Shown here in pieces: positions 15,001 through 28,700 of a DNA stretch of 64,000 bases. Under the pieces are notes generated by a model. That model was not told the DNA's origin, searched no databases, and saw only the letters and a list, made by a program, of their open reading frames with translations. Origin of the DNA: the human T2T-CHM13v2.0 reference genome, Homo sapiens; the NCBI RefSeq assembly GCF_009914755.1, contig NC_060925.1. One strand, 5' to 3'. The translations under genes were made by a program, and so were the position numbers. The first letter of the stretch is position 1; each line of letters begins with the position of its first letter.

Positions 15001-18000
15001 TGAGCATCTGACAGCCTGGAGCAGCAGGCACACCCCCAGTGAGCATCCGACAGCCTGGAACAGCACCCACACACCCAGGTGAGCATCCGACACCGTGGAG
15101 CAGAACAAACACCCCCAGGCGAGCATCTGACAGCCTGGGTCGGCACCCACACCCCCCGGTGCGCATCTGATGGTCTGGAGCAGCACCCACACACACAGGT
15201 GGGCATCTGACAGCCTGGAACAGAGCCCAGACCCCCAGGGAGCATCTGACAGACTGGAACTGCACCCCCATGCCCAGGTGAGCCTCTGACAGCCTTGAAC
15301 AGCACCCTGCACCCCCAGGTGAGCATCTGACAGCCTGCAACAGCACGCACACCCCCAGGTGCGCACGTGACAGCCTGCAACAGCACCCACACCCCCAGGC
15401 GAGCATCTGACGGCCTGGAACAGCACCCACACCCCCAGTTGAGCATTGGACAGCCTGGATCAGCACCCACAACCCCAAGCGAGCATCCGACAGCCTGGAG
15501 CAGCACCCACACCCCCAGGTGAGCATCTGACATCGTGGAGCAGCACCCCACACCCACAGGTGAGCATCTGACAGCCTGGAGCAGCAGCCACATCCCCAGG
15601 TGAGAATCTGACAGCCTGGAACAGCACCCTGCACCCCCAAGTGAGCATCCGACAGCCTGGAGCAGCACCCACACCCCCAGGTGAGCATCTGATGGTCTGG
15701 AGCAGCACGCATAACCACAGGTGAACATCGGAGAGTCTGGAGCAGCGCCCACACCCCCAGGCGAGCATTTGACAGCCTGGAGCAGTGCCCACACACCCAG
15801 CTGAGCATCTGACAGCGTGGAGCAGCACCGACACCCCCAGGCGAAAATCTGAACGCACGGAGCAGCACCCACACCTTCAGGCGAGCATCGGACAGCCTGG
15901 AGCAACACCCACACCCCCAGGTGCGCATGTGATGGTCTGGAGCAGCACCCACACCAACAGGTGAGCATCTGACAGCCTGGAACAGAACTCACACCCCCAG
16001 GTGAGCATCTGACAGACTGGAACAGCTCCCAAATGCCCAGCTGAGCCTCTGACAGCCTGGAACAGCACCTTGCACCCCCAGGGGAGCATCTGACAGCCTG
16101 GAACAGCACGCACACCCCCAGGTGAGCATCTGACCGCCTGGAACAGCACCCACACCCCCAGGCGAGCATCTGAGAGCATGTAACAGCACCCACACACCCA
16201 GGTGAGCATCTGACAGCCTGGAACAGCACCCTGCACCCCCAGGTGCGCACGTGACAGCCTGGAACAGCACCCACACAGCCAGGTGAGCATCTGACAGCCT
16301 GGAGCAGCACCCACATCCCCAGGTGAGCATCTGACAGCCTGGAACAGCACCTTGCACCCCCAGGTGAGAATCTGACAACCTGGAACAGCACAAACACCCC
16401 CAGGCGAGCATCTGACACCCTGGAACTGCACACACACCCCCAGGCGAGCATCTGACAACCTGCAACAGCACCCATACGCCCAGATGAGCATCTGACAGCA
16501 TGGAACAGCACCCTGCACCCCCAGGACAGCATCTGACAGCGTGGAACAGCACCCATACGCCCAGATAAGCATGTGACAGCCTGGAACAGCTCCCTGCATC
16601 CCCAGGTGCGCACCTGACAGCCTGGAACAGCACCCACACACCCAGGCGAGCATCTGATGGCCTGGAACGGCACCCACACCCCCAGGTGAGCATCCGACAT
16701 CCTGAAACAGCTCCCACAACCCCAGGTGAGCATCCGATAGCCTGGAGCAACACCCATACCCCCAGGTGAGCATCTGACCGCATGGAATGGCATCCTCACC
16801 TCCAGGTGAGCATCCGACAGCCTGGAGCAGCACCCACACCCCCAGGTGAGCATCTGACAGCCTGGAACGGCAACCACACCCCCAGGCGAGCATCCGACAG
16901 CCTGGAACAGCACCAAAAACCCCAGGTGAGCATCTGACGGCCTGGAACAGCACCCACACCCCCAGGTGAGCATCTGACATCGTGCAGCAGCACCCCACAC
17001 CCACAGGTGAGCATCTGACAGCCTGGAGCAGCACCCACACCCCAGGTGAGCATCTGACAGCCTGGAACAGCACCCTGCACACCCAGGTGAGCATCCGACA
17101 GCCTGGAGCATCACCCACACCCCCAGACGAGCATCTGACAGCCTAGAACAGCACCCACACCCCCAGGCGAGCATCTGACAGCATGTAACAGCACCCACAC
17201 CCACAGGTGAGCATCTGACAGCCTGGAACAGCAGCCTGCACCCCCAGGTGTGCACGTGACAGCTTGGATCAGCACCCACACCCCCAGGCGAGCATCGGAC
17301 GGCCTGGAACAGCACCCACACCCCCATGTGAGCATCTGACTGCCTGGAACAGCACCCACACCCCCAGGTGAGCATCTGACATCGTGGAGCAGCACCCCAC
17401 ACCCACAGGTGAGCTTCTGACAGCCTGGAGCAGTACCCACACCCCAGGTGAGCATCTGAGAGCCTGGAACAGCACCCTGCACCCCCAGGTGAGCATCCCA
17501 CAGCCTGGAGCAGCACACACACCCACAAGCGAGCATCTGACAGCCTGGAACGGCACCCACACCCCTAGGTGAGCATCTGATGGTCTGGAGCATCACCCAC
17601 AACCACAGGTGAGCATCGGAGAGTCTGGAGCAGCGCCCACACTGCAGGGCGAGCATCTGACAGCCTGGAGCAGTGCCCACACCCCCAGGTGAGCATCTGA
17701 CACCATGGAGCAGCACCCACAGACCAAGGTGAGCATCTGACAACCTGGAGCAGCACCCACACTCCCAGGCGAGTATCTGTACGCACAGAGCAGCACCCAC
17801 ACCCCCAGGCGAGCATCCGACAGCCTGGAGCAGCACCCACACCCTCAGGTGAGCATCTGACAGCCTGGAGCAGAACCCACACCCCCAGGCGAGCATCTGA
17901 CAGCCTGGGTCCGCACCCACACCCCCAGGTGCGCATCTGATGGTCTGGAGCAGAACCCACACCCACAGGTGAGCATCTGACAGCCTGGAACAGAACCCAC

Positions 18001-21000
18001 ACCCCCAGGTGAGCATCTGACAGACTGGAACTGCACCCCCATGCCCAGGTGAGCCTCTGACAGCCTGGAACAGCACGCACACCCCCAGGTGAGCATGTGA
18101 CAGCCGGGAACAGCACCCACACCCACAGGCGAGCATCTGACTGCATGTATCAGCACCCACACCCCCAGGTGAGCATCTGACAGCCTGGAACAGCACCCTG
18201 CACCCCCAAGTGAGCATCCGACAGCCTGGAGAAGCACCCACACCCCCAGGCGAGCATCTGACAGCCTGGAACGGCACCCACACCCCCAGGTGAGCATCTG
18301 ATGGTCTGGAGCAGCACGCATAACTACAGGTGAACATCGGAGAGTCTGGAGCAGCGCCCACACCCCCAGGCGAGCATCTGACAGCCTGGAGCAGTGCCCA
18401 CACCCCCAGGTGAGCATCTGACAGCGTGGAGGAGCACCCACACCCCCAGGCGAGCATCTGAACGCAAGGAGCAGCACCCACACCTCCAGGCGAGCATCCG
18501 ACAGCCTGGAGCAGCACCCACACCCCCAGGTGCGCATGTGATGGTCTGGAGCAGCACCCACACCCACAGGTGAGCATCTGACAGCCTGGAACAGAACCCA
18601 CACCCCCAGGTGAGCATCTGACAGACTGGAACAGCACCCACATGCCCAGCTGAGCCTGTGACAGCCTCGAACAGCACCCTGCACCCCCAGGGGAGCATCT
18701 GACAGCCTGGAACAGCACGCACACACCCAGGTGAGCATCTGACCGCCTCGAACAGCACCCACACCCCCAGGCGAGCATCTCACAGCACGTAACAGCACCC
18801 ACACACCCAGGTGAGCATCTGACAGCCTGGAACAGCACCCTGCACCCCAAGGTGCGCACGTGACAGCCTGGAACAGCACACACACCCCCAGGCGAGCATC
18901 TGACGGCCTGGAACGGCACCCACAACCCCAGGTGAGCATGTGACAGCCTGGATCAGCACCCACACCCCCAGGCGAGCATCTGACAGCCTGGAGCAGCACC
19001 CCACACCCCCAGGTGAGCATCGGACAGCCTGGAGCAGCACCCACACCCCCTGATGAGCATCTGACAGCCTGGAACAGCACCCACACTCCCAGACGAGCAT
19101 CGGACAGCCTGGAGCAGCACCCACACTGCCAGGCGAGCATCCGCCAGCCTGGAAAAGCACCCACACCCCCAGGTGAGCATTCGACAGCCTGGAGCAGCAC
19201 CCACAACCCCAGGCGTGCATCCGACAGCCTGGAGCAGGACCCACACCCCCAGGTGAACATCCGACATCGTGGAGTAGCACCCCACACCCACAGGTGAGCA
19301 TCTGACAGCCTGGAACAGTACCCACACCCACAGGCGAGCATCTGAAACCACGGAGCAGCACCCACACCTCCCGGCGAGCATCCGACAGCCTGGAGCAGCA
19401 CCCACACACCCAGGTGCGCATCTGATGGTCTGGAGCAGCACCCACAACCACAGGTGAGCATCTGACATCGTGGAGCAGCACCCCAAACCCACAGGTGAGC
19501 ATCCGACAGCCTGGAGCAGCACCCACACACCCAGGCGAGCATCTGACAGCCTGGAACGGCACCCACACCCCCAGGTGAGCATCTGATGGTCTGGAGCAGC
19601 ACCCACAACCACAGGTGAGCATCCGACAGCCTGGAACAGCACCCACACACTCACGGGAGCACCTGACATCCTTGAGCAGCACCCACACCCCCAGGTGAGC
19701 ATCTGACAGCCTGGAGCAGCACCCTGTACCCCCAGGTGAGGATCTGACAGCCTGGAACAGCACCCTGCACCCCCAGGTGAGCATCTGACACCCTGAAACA
19801 GCACACACACCCCCAGGCGAGCATCTGACAACCTGGAACAGCACCCATACGCCAAGATGAGCATCTGACAGCGTGGAACAGCACCCTGCACCCCCAGGAG
19901 AGCATCTGACAGCATGGAACAGCACCCATACGCCCAGATGAGCATCTGACAGCCTGGAATAGGTCCCTGCACCCCCAGGTGCGCACCTGACAGCCTGCAA
20001 CAGCACCCACACACCCAGGCGAGCATCTGATGGCCTGGAACTGCACCCAGACGCCCAGGTGAGCATCCGACATCCTGAAACAGCTCCCACACCCCCAGGT
20101 GAGCATCCGACAGCCTGGAGCAGCACCCATACCCCCAGGTGAGCATCTGATCGCATGGAATGGCATCCTCACCTCCAGGTGAGCATCCGACAGCCTGGAG
20201 TAGCACCCACACCCCCAGGTGAGCATCTGACAGCCTGGAAGAGCAACCACACCCCCAGGCGAGTATCTGACAGCCTGGAACAGCATCCTGCACCCCAGGG
20301 TGAGGATCAGACAGCCTGGAGCAGCACCCACACTCCAGGTGAGCATCTGACAGCCTGAAGCAGCACCCACACCAACAGGTGAGCATCTGACAGCCTGGAA
20401 CAGCACCCACACCCCCAGGTGAGCATCTGACAGCCTGGAACAGCACCCACACCCCCAGGTGAGCAGCTGAAATCCTGGAACAGCACCCACACCCCCAGGT
20501 GAGCATCTGACAGGCTGGAGCAGCACGCACACCCCCAGTTGAGCATCTGACAGCCTGGAACAGCATCCACACCCCCAGGTGAACATCCGACAGCCTGGAG
20601 CAGAACCCACACCCCGAGGCGAGCATCTGACAGCCTGGGTCGGCACCCACACCTCCAGGTGAGCATCTGATGGTCTGGAGCAGTACCCACACCCACAGTT
20701 GAGCATCTGACAGCCTGGAACAGAACCCACACCCCCAGGTGAGCATCTGACAGACTGGAACAGCACCCACACGCCCAGGTGAGCCTCTGACAGCCTGGAA
20801 CAGCACGCGCACCCCCAGGTGAGCATCTGACAGCCTGGAACAGGACCCACACCCCCAGGCGAGCATCTGACTGCATGTAACAGCACCCACACCCCCAGGT
20901 AAGCATCTGACAGCCTGGAACAGCACCCTGCACCCCCAGGTGTGCACGTGACAGCCTGCAACAACACCCACACCCCCAGGAGAGCATCTGACTGCATGTA

Positions 21001-24000
21001 ACAGCACCCACACCCCCAGGTAAGCATCTGACAGCCTGGAACAGCACCCTGCACCCCCAGGTGTGCACGTGACAGCCTGGAACAGCACCCACACCCGCAG
21101 GCGAGGATCGGACAGCCTGGAGCAGCACCCTACACCCCCAGGGGAGCATCCGACAGCCTGGAGCAGCACCCACACCCCCAGGTGAGCATGTGACAGCCTG
21201 GATCTGCACCCACACTCCCAGGCGAGCATCTGACAGCCTGGAGCAGAACCCCACACCCCCAGGTGAGCATCGGACAGCCTGGATCAGCACCCACACCCCC
21301 AGGTGAGCATCTGACAGCCTGGAACAGCACCCACACTCCCAGACGAGCATAGGACAGCCTGGAGCAGCACCCACATCGCCAGGCGAGCATCCGCCAGCCT
21401 GGAACAGCACCCACACCCCCAGGTGAGCATCCGACAGCCTGGAGCAGGACCCACACCCCTAGGTGAACATCCGACATCGTGGAGCAGCACCCCACACCCA
21501 TAGGTGAGCATCTGACAGCCTGTAACAGTACCCACACCCACAGGCGAGCATCTGAACCCACGGAGCAGCACCGACACCTTCCGGCGAGCATCCGACAGCC
21601 TGGAGCAGCACCCACACCCCCAGGTGCGCATCTGATGGTCTGGAGCAGCACCCACAACCACAGGTGAGCCTCTGACAGCCTGGAACAGCACCCTGCACCC
21701 CCAGGAGAGCATCTGACAGCCTGGAACAGCGCGCACACCCCCAGGTGAGGATCTGACTGCCTGGAACAGCACCCACACCCCCAGGCGAGCATCTGACAGC
21801 ATGTAACAGCACCCACACCCCCAGGTGAGCATCTGACAGCCTGGAACAGCACCCTGCACCCCCAGGTGCGCACGTGACAGCGTGGAACAGCACCCACACA
21901 CCCAGGTGAGCATCTGACATCCTGGAGCAGCACCCACATCCCCAGGTGAGCATCTGACAGCCTGGAACAGCACCCTGCACCCCCAGGTGAGCAAGTGACA
22001 CCCTGGAACAGCACACACACCCCCAGGCGAGCATCTGACACCCTGGAACAGCACACACACCCCCAGGCGAGCATCTGACAACCTGGAACAGCACCCATAC
22101 GCCCAGATGAGCATCTGACAGCGTGGAACAGCACCCTGCACCCCAAGGAGAGCATCTGACAGCCTGGAACAGCACCCATACGCCCAGATGAGCATCTGAC
22201 AGCCTGGAACAGCTCCCTGCACCCCCAGGTGCGCACATGACAGCCTGGAACAGCACCCACACACCCAGGCGAGCATCTGATGGCCTGGAACCGCACCCAC
22301 ACCCCCAGGTGAGCATCCGACATCCTGAAACAGCTCCCACAACCCCAGGTGAGCATCCGACAGCCTGGAGCAGCACCCATACCCCCAGGTGAGCATCTGA
22401 CCGCATGGAATGGCATCCTCACCTCCAGGTGAGCATCCGACAGCCTGGAGCAGCACCCACACCCCCAGGTGAGCATCTGACAGCCTGGAAGAGCAACCAC
22501 ACCCCCAGGCGAGCATCTGACAGCCTGGAACAGCACCCTGCACCCCCGGGTGAGGATCAGACAGCCTGGAGCAGCACCCACACTCCAGGTGAGCATCTGA
22601 CAGCCTGAAGCAGCACCCACACCAACAGGTGAGTATCTGACAACCTGGAACAGCACCCACACCCCCAGGTGAGCAGCTGACCGCCTGGAACATCACCCAC
22701 ACCCCCAGGTGAGCATCTTATATCCTGGAACAGCACCCACACCTCCAGGTTAGCCTCTGACGGGCTGGAGCAGCACGCACACCGCCAGTTGAGCATCTGA
22801 CAGCCTGGAACAGCACCCACACCCCCAGGTGAACATCCGACAGCCTGGAGCAGAACCCACACCCCCAGGTGAGCATCTGACAGACTGGAACAGCACCCAC
22901 ACGCTCAGGTGAGCCTCTGACAGCCTAGAACAGCACCCACACCCCCAGGCGAGCATCTGACAGCATGTAACAGCACCCACACCCCCAGGTAAGCATCTGA
23001 CAGCCTGAAACAGCACCCTGCACCCCCGGTGCGCACGTGACAGCCTGGAACAGCACCCACACCCCCAGGCGAGCATCTGACGTCCTGGAACAGCACCCAC
23101 ACCCACAGGCGAGCATCGGACAGCCTGGAGCAGCACCCCACACACCCAGGTGAGTATCCGACAGCCTGGAGCAGCACCCACACCCCCAGGTGGGCATGTG
23201 ACAGCCTGGATCAGCACCCACACTCCCAGGCGAGCATCTGACAGCCTGGAGCAGCACCCCACACCCCCAGGTGAGCATCGGGCAGCCTGGAGCAGCACCC
23301 ACACCCCCAGATGAGCATCTGACAGCCTGGAACAGCACCCACACTCCCAGACGAGCATCGGACAGCCTGGAACAGCACCCACACCGCCAGGCGAGCATCC
23401 GCCAGCCTGGAACAGCACCCACACCCCCAGGTGAGCATTCGACAGCCTGGAGCAGCACCAACAACCCCAGGCTTGCATCCGACAGCCTGGAGCAGGACCC
23501 ACACCCCCAGGTGAACATCCGACATCGTGGAGCAGCACCCCACACCCACAGGTGAGCATCTCACAGCCTGCAACAGTACCCACACTCCCAGGCGAGCATC
23601 TGACATCCTGGAGCAGCACCCACACCCCCAGGTGAGCATCTGACAGCCTGGAGTAGTATCCTGCACCCTCAGGTGAGCATCTGACAGCCTGGAACATCAC
23701 CCTGCCCCCCCAGGTGAGCATCTGACAGCCTGGAAAGGCACCCACACCACCAGGTGAGCATCTGATGGTCTGGAGAAGCACCCACAACCACAGGTGAGCA
23801 TCGGAGAGTCCGGAGCAGCGCCCACACACCCAAGTGAGCATCTGACAGCCTGGAGCAGTGCCCACACCCCCAGGTTAGCATCTGATAGTGTGGAGCAGCA
23901 CCCACAGCCCAAGGTGAGCATCTGACAACCTGGAGCAGCACCCACACCCCCAGGTGAGCATCTGACCGCCCGGAGCAGCACCCATACCCCAAGGCGAGCA

Positions 24001-25709
24001 TCTGAAGTCATGGAGCAGCACCCACACCCCCAGGCGAGCATCTGACCGCATGGAGCAGCAGCCACAACTCCAGGCGAGCATCTGACAGCCTGGAACAGCA
24101 CCGCACACCCGCAGGTGAGCATCTGACAGCCTGGAACAGCACCCCACACCCCAAGGTGAGTATCTGACAGCCTGGAACATCACCCCGCACCCACAGGCGA
24201 GCATCTGACAGCCTGGAGCAGCACCCACACACCCAGGCGAGAATCTGACAGCCTGGAACACCACCCACATCCCCAGGTGAGCATCTGACAGCCTGGAGCA
24301 GCACCCACACCCCCAGGTGAGCATCTGACAGCCTGGAGCAGCACCCACACACCCAGGTCAGCATCTGACAGCCTGGTGAAGCGCCCAAACCCCAAGGTGA
24401 GCATCTGACAGCCTGGAGCAGCGCCCACACCTCCAGGTGAGCATCTGACAGCCTGGAGCAGCACCCACACCCCCATTTGAGCATCCGACAGCCTGGAGCA
24501 GCACCCACACCCCAGGTGAGCATCGGACATCCTCGAGCATCACATACTCCCCCAGGTGAGCATCCGACAGCCTGGAGCAGCGCCCACACCCCTAGATGAG
24601 CATCTGACAGCCTGGAGCAGCACCCATACCCGCAGTTGAGCATCTGACAGCCTGGAGCAGCTCCCACACACCCAGGTAAGCATCTGACAGCCTGGAGAAA
24701 TGCTCACACCCCAAGGTGAGCATCTGACAGCCTGGAGCAGCGTCCACACCCCCAGGTGAGCATCTGATAGCCTGGAGCAGCGCCCACACCCAGAGGTGAG
24801 CATATGACCACCTGGAGCAGCACCCACAGTCCCAGGTGAGCATCCGAGAGCCTGGAGCAGCATCCTCACCCCAGGTGAGCATCGGACATCCTGGAGCATC
24901 ACATACTCCCCCAGGTGAGCATCCGACAGCCTGGAGCAGCGCCGACCCCCCCAGGGTGAGCATCTGACAGCCTGGAGCAGCACCCACACGCCCAGGCGAG
25001 GATGCGATAGCCAGGAGCAGCACCCACACACCCAGGTGAGCATCCGACAGTCTGGGGCAGCACCCACTCCCGCAGGTGAGCATCCGACAGCCTGGAGCAG
25101 CGCCCACAACCCCAGGTGAGTATCTGACAGCCTGGAGCAGCACCCACACCCCTAGGCGAGCATCCGACAGCCTGGAGCAGCACCTACACCCCCAGGTGAG
25201 CATCCGACAGCCTGGAACAGAATTCTCAAACCCCAGGTGAGGATCTGACAACCTGGAACAGAACCCCACTCTTCCAGGTGAGAATCTGACAACATTAAAA
25301 CAGCACCCTGCACCCCCAGGTGAGCATCTGACAGCCTGAAACAGCACCCTTCACCTTCAGGTGAGAATATGACAGCCTGAAACAGCACCCCACACCCCAG
25401 GCAAAAATCTGACAGCATGGAACAAGACCACTGCTCCCAGGTGAGCATTTGACAACCTGGGAAAGCACCCTCCACCCACACGTGAGCATCTGACAGCCTG
25501 GAAACACCCCACTGCTTCCAGATGAACATCTGATAGCCTGGAACAGAACCCCAGGCCTCCAAGTAAGCATCTGAAAGCACGGAACAGCACTCTCGACCCC
25601 AGGGGAGCGTCTGACAACCTAGAACAGCACCTTCACCCCGAGGTGGGCATCTGGCAGCATAAAACAGCACGCCTACTAGCAGATGAGCATATGACAGCCT
25701 GGAACAGCA

Positions 25710-28700
25710 CCCACACCCCCAGGCGAGCATCTGACAGCCTGGAGCAGCACACACAACCTTAGGCGAGCATCTGACAGCCTGGAGCAGCGCCCACACCCCC
25801 AGGTGAGCATGTGACAGCCTGGAGCAGCGCCCACACCCCCGGGCGAGCATCTGACAGCCTGGAGCAGCACCCACACCCCCAGGTGAGCATCTGACAGCCT
25901 GGGGCGGCGCCCACAGCCCCAGGTGAGCATCTGACAGCCCGGAGCAGCGTCCACACCCCCAGGTGAGCATCTGGCAGCCTGGAGCAGCACCCACACCCCC
26001 AGGTGAGCATCTGACTGCCTGGAGCAGCACCCACACCCCCAGGTGAGCATCTGACAGCCTGGAGCAGCGCCCACACACCGAGGTGAGCATCTGACAGCCT
26101 GGAGCAGCGCCCACACCCCCAGGTGAGCATCTGACAGCGTGGAGCAGCGCCCACACCCCCAGGTGGGCATCTGACAGCCTGGAGCAGGCGCCCACAATCC
26201 CAGGTTAGCATCTGACAGCCTGGAGCAGCACCCACACCCCCAGTTGAGTAGCTGACATCCTGGAGCTGCACCCATACCCCCAGGTGAGATCTGACAGCCT
26301 GGGGCAGCACCCACACCCCCAGGTGAGCATCTGGCAACCTGGAACAGCATCTACAGCCCCAGGTGACCATCTGACAGCCTGAAGCAGCACCCACACCCCC
26401 AGGTGAGCATGTGACCACATGGAATGTCATCCTCACCTCCAGGTGAGCATCGGACAGCCTGGAACAGAATTCTCAAGCCCCAGGTGAGGATCTGACAACC
26501 TGGAACAGAACCCCACTCTTCCAGGTGAGAATCTGACAGCATAAAACAGCACCCTGCACCCCCAGGTGAGCATCTGACAGCCTGAAACAGCACCCTCCAC
26601 CTTCAGGTGAGAATATGACAGCCTGAAACAGCACCCCGCACCCAGGCAAAAATCTGACAGCATGGAACAAGACTACTGCCCCCAGGTGAGCATTTGACAG
26701 CCTGGGAAAGCACCCTCTACCCACACGTGAGCATCTGACAGCCTGGAAACCCCCCCACTGCTTCCAGGTGAACATCTGATAGCCTGGAACAGAACCCCAG
26801 GCCTCCCAGTAAGCATCTGAAAGCAAGGAACAGCACTCTCACCCCCAGGGGAGCATCTGACAACCTAGAACAGCACCCTCACCCCGAGGTGGGCATCTGG
26901 CAGCATAAAACAGCACCCCTACTGGCAGATGAGCATATGACAGCCTGGAACAGCACCCACACCCGCTGGCGAGAATCTGACAGCCTGGAGCAACACCCAC
27001 ACCCCCAGGTGAGCATCTGACAGCCTGGAGCAGCGCCCACACCCCCAGGTGAGCATCTTACAGCCTGGAGCAGCGCCCACACCCCCAGGTGAGCATCTGA
27101 CAGCCTGGAGCAGCACCCACACTCCCAGGTGAGTATCTGACAGCCTGGAGTAGCACCCACACCCCCAGGTGAGCATCTGACAGCCTGGAACAGCATCCAC
27201 TCCCCCAGGTGAGCATCTGACCACATTGAATGGCATCCTCACCTCCAGGTGAGCATCTGACAGCCTGGAACCGCACCCACACCCCCAGGCGAGCATCTGA
27301 CAGCCTGGAGCAGCACCCACACCCCCAGGTGAGCATCTGACAGCCTGGAGCAGCACCCACACCCCCAGGGGAGCATCTGACCGCATGGAATGTCATCCTC
27401 ACTTCCAGGTGAGCATCCGACAGCCTGGAGCAGCACCCACACCCCCAGGTGAGCATCTGACCGCATGGAATGGCATCCTCACCTCCAGGTGAGCATCCGA
27501 CAGCCTGGAACAGAATTCTCCAACCACAGGTGAGGATCTGACAGCCTGGAACAGAACCCCACTCTTCCAGGTGAGAATCTGACGCATAAAACAGCACCCT
27601 GCAACCCCAGGTGAGCATCTGACAGTCTGGAACAGCATCCACACCCCCAGGCGAGCATCTGACAGCCTGGAGCAGCACGCACACCCCCAGGCGAGCATCT
27701 GACAGCCTGGAGCAGCACACACAACCCCAGGCGAGCATCTGACAGCCTGGAGCAGCGCCCACACCCCCAAGTGAGCATGTGACAGCCTGGAGCAGTGCCC
27801 ACACCCCCGGGCGAGCATCTGACAGCCTGGAGCAGCACCCACACCCCCAGGTGAGCATCTGACAGCCTGGGGCAGTGCCCACAGCCCCAGGTGAGCATCT
27901 GACAGCCTGGAGCAGCGTCCACACCCCCAGGTGAGCATCTGGCAGCCTGGAGCAGCACCCACACCCCCAGGTGAGCATCTGACAGCCTGGAGCAGCGCCC
28001 ACACACTGAGGTGAGCATCTGACAGCCTGGGGCAGCACCCACACCCCCAGGTGAGCATCTGGCAACCTGGAACAGCATCTACAGCCCCAGGTGACCATCT
28101 GACAGCCTGAAGCAGCACCCACACCCCCAGGTGAGCATGTGACCACATGGAATGTCATCCTCACCTCCAGGTGAGCATCCGACAGCCTGGAACAGAATTC
28201 TCAAACCCCAGGTGAGGATCTGACAACCTGGAACAGAACCCCACTCTTCCAAGTGAGAATCTGACAGCATAAAACAGCACCCTGCACCCCCAGGTGAGCA
28301 TCTGACAGCCTGAAACAGCACCCTCCACCTTCAGGTGAGAATATGACAGCCTGAAACAGCACCCCACACCCCAGGCAAAAATCTGACAGCATGGAACAAG
28401 ACCACTGCTCCCAGGTGAGCATTTGACAACTTGGGAAAGCACCCTCCACCCACACGTGAGCATCTGACAGCCTGGAAACACCCCCACTGCTTCCAGGTGA
28501 ACATCTGATAGCCTGGAACAGAACCCCAGGCCTCCAAGTAAGCATCTGAAAGCACGGAACAGCACTCTCACCCCCAGGGGAGCGTCTGACAACCTAGAAC
28601 AGCACCTTCACCCCGAGGTGGGCATCTGGCAGCATAAAACAGCACCCCTACTGGCAGATGAGCATATGACAGCCTGGAACAGCACCCACACCCCCAGGTG

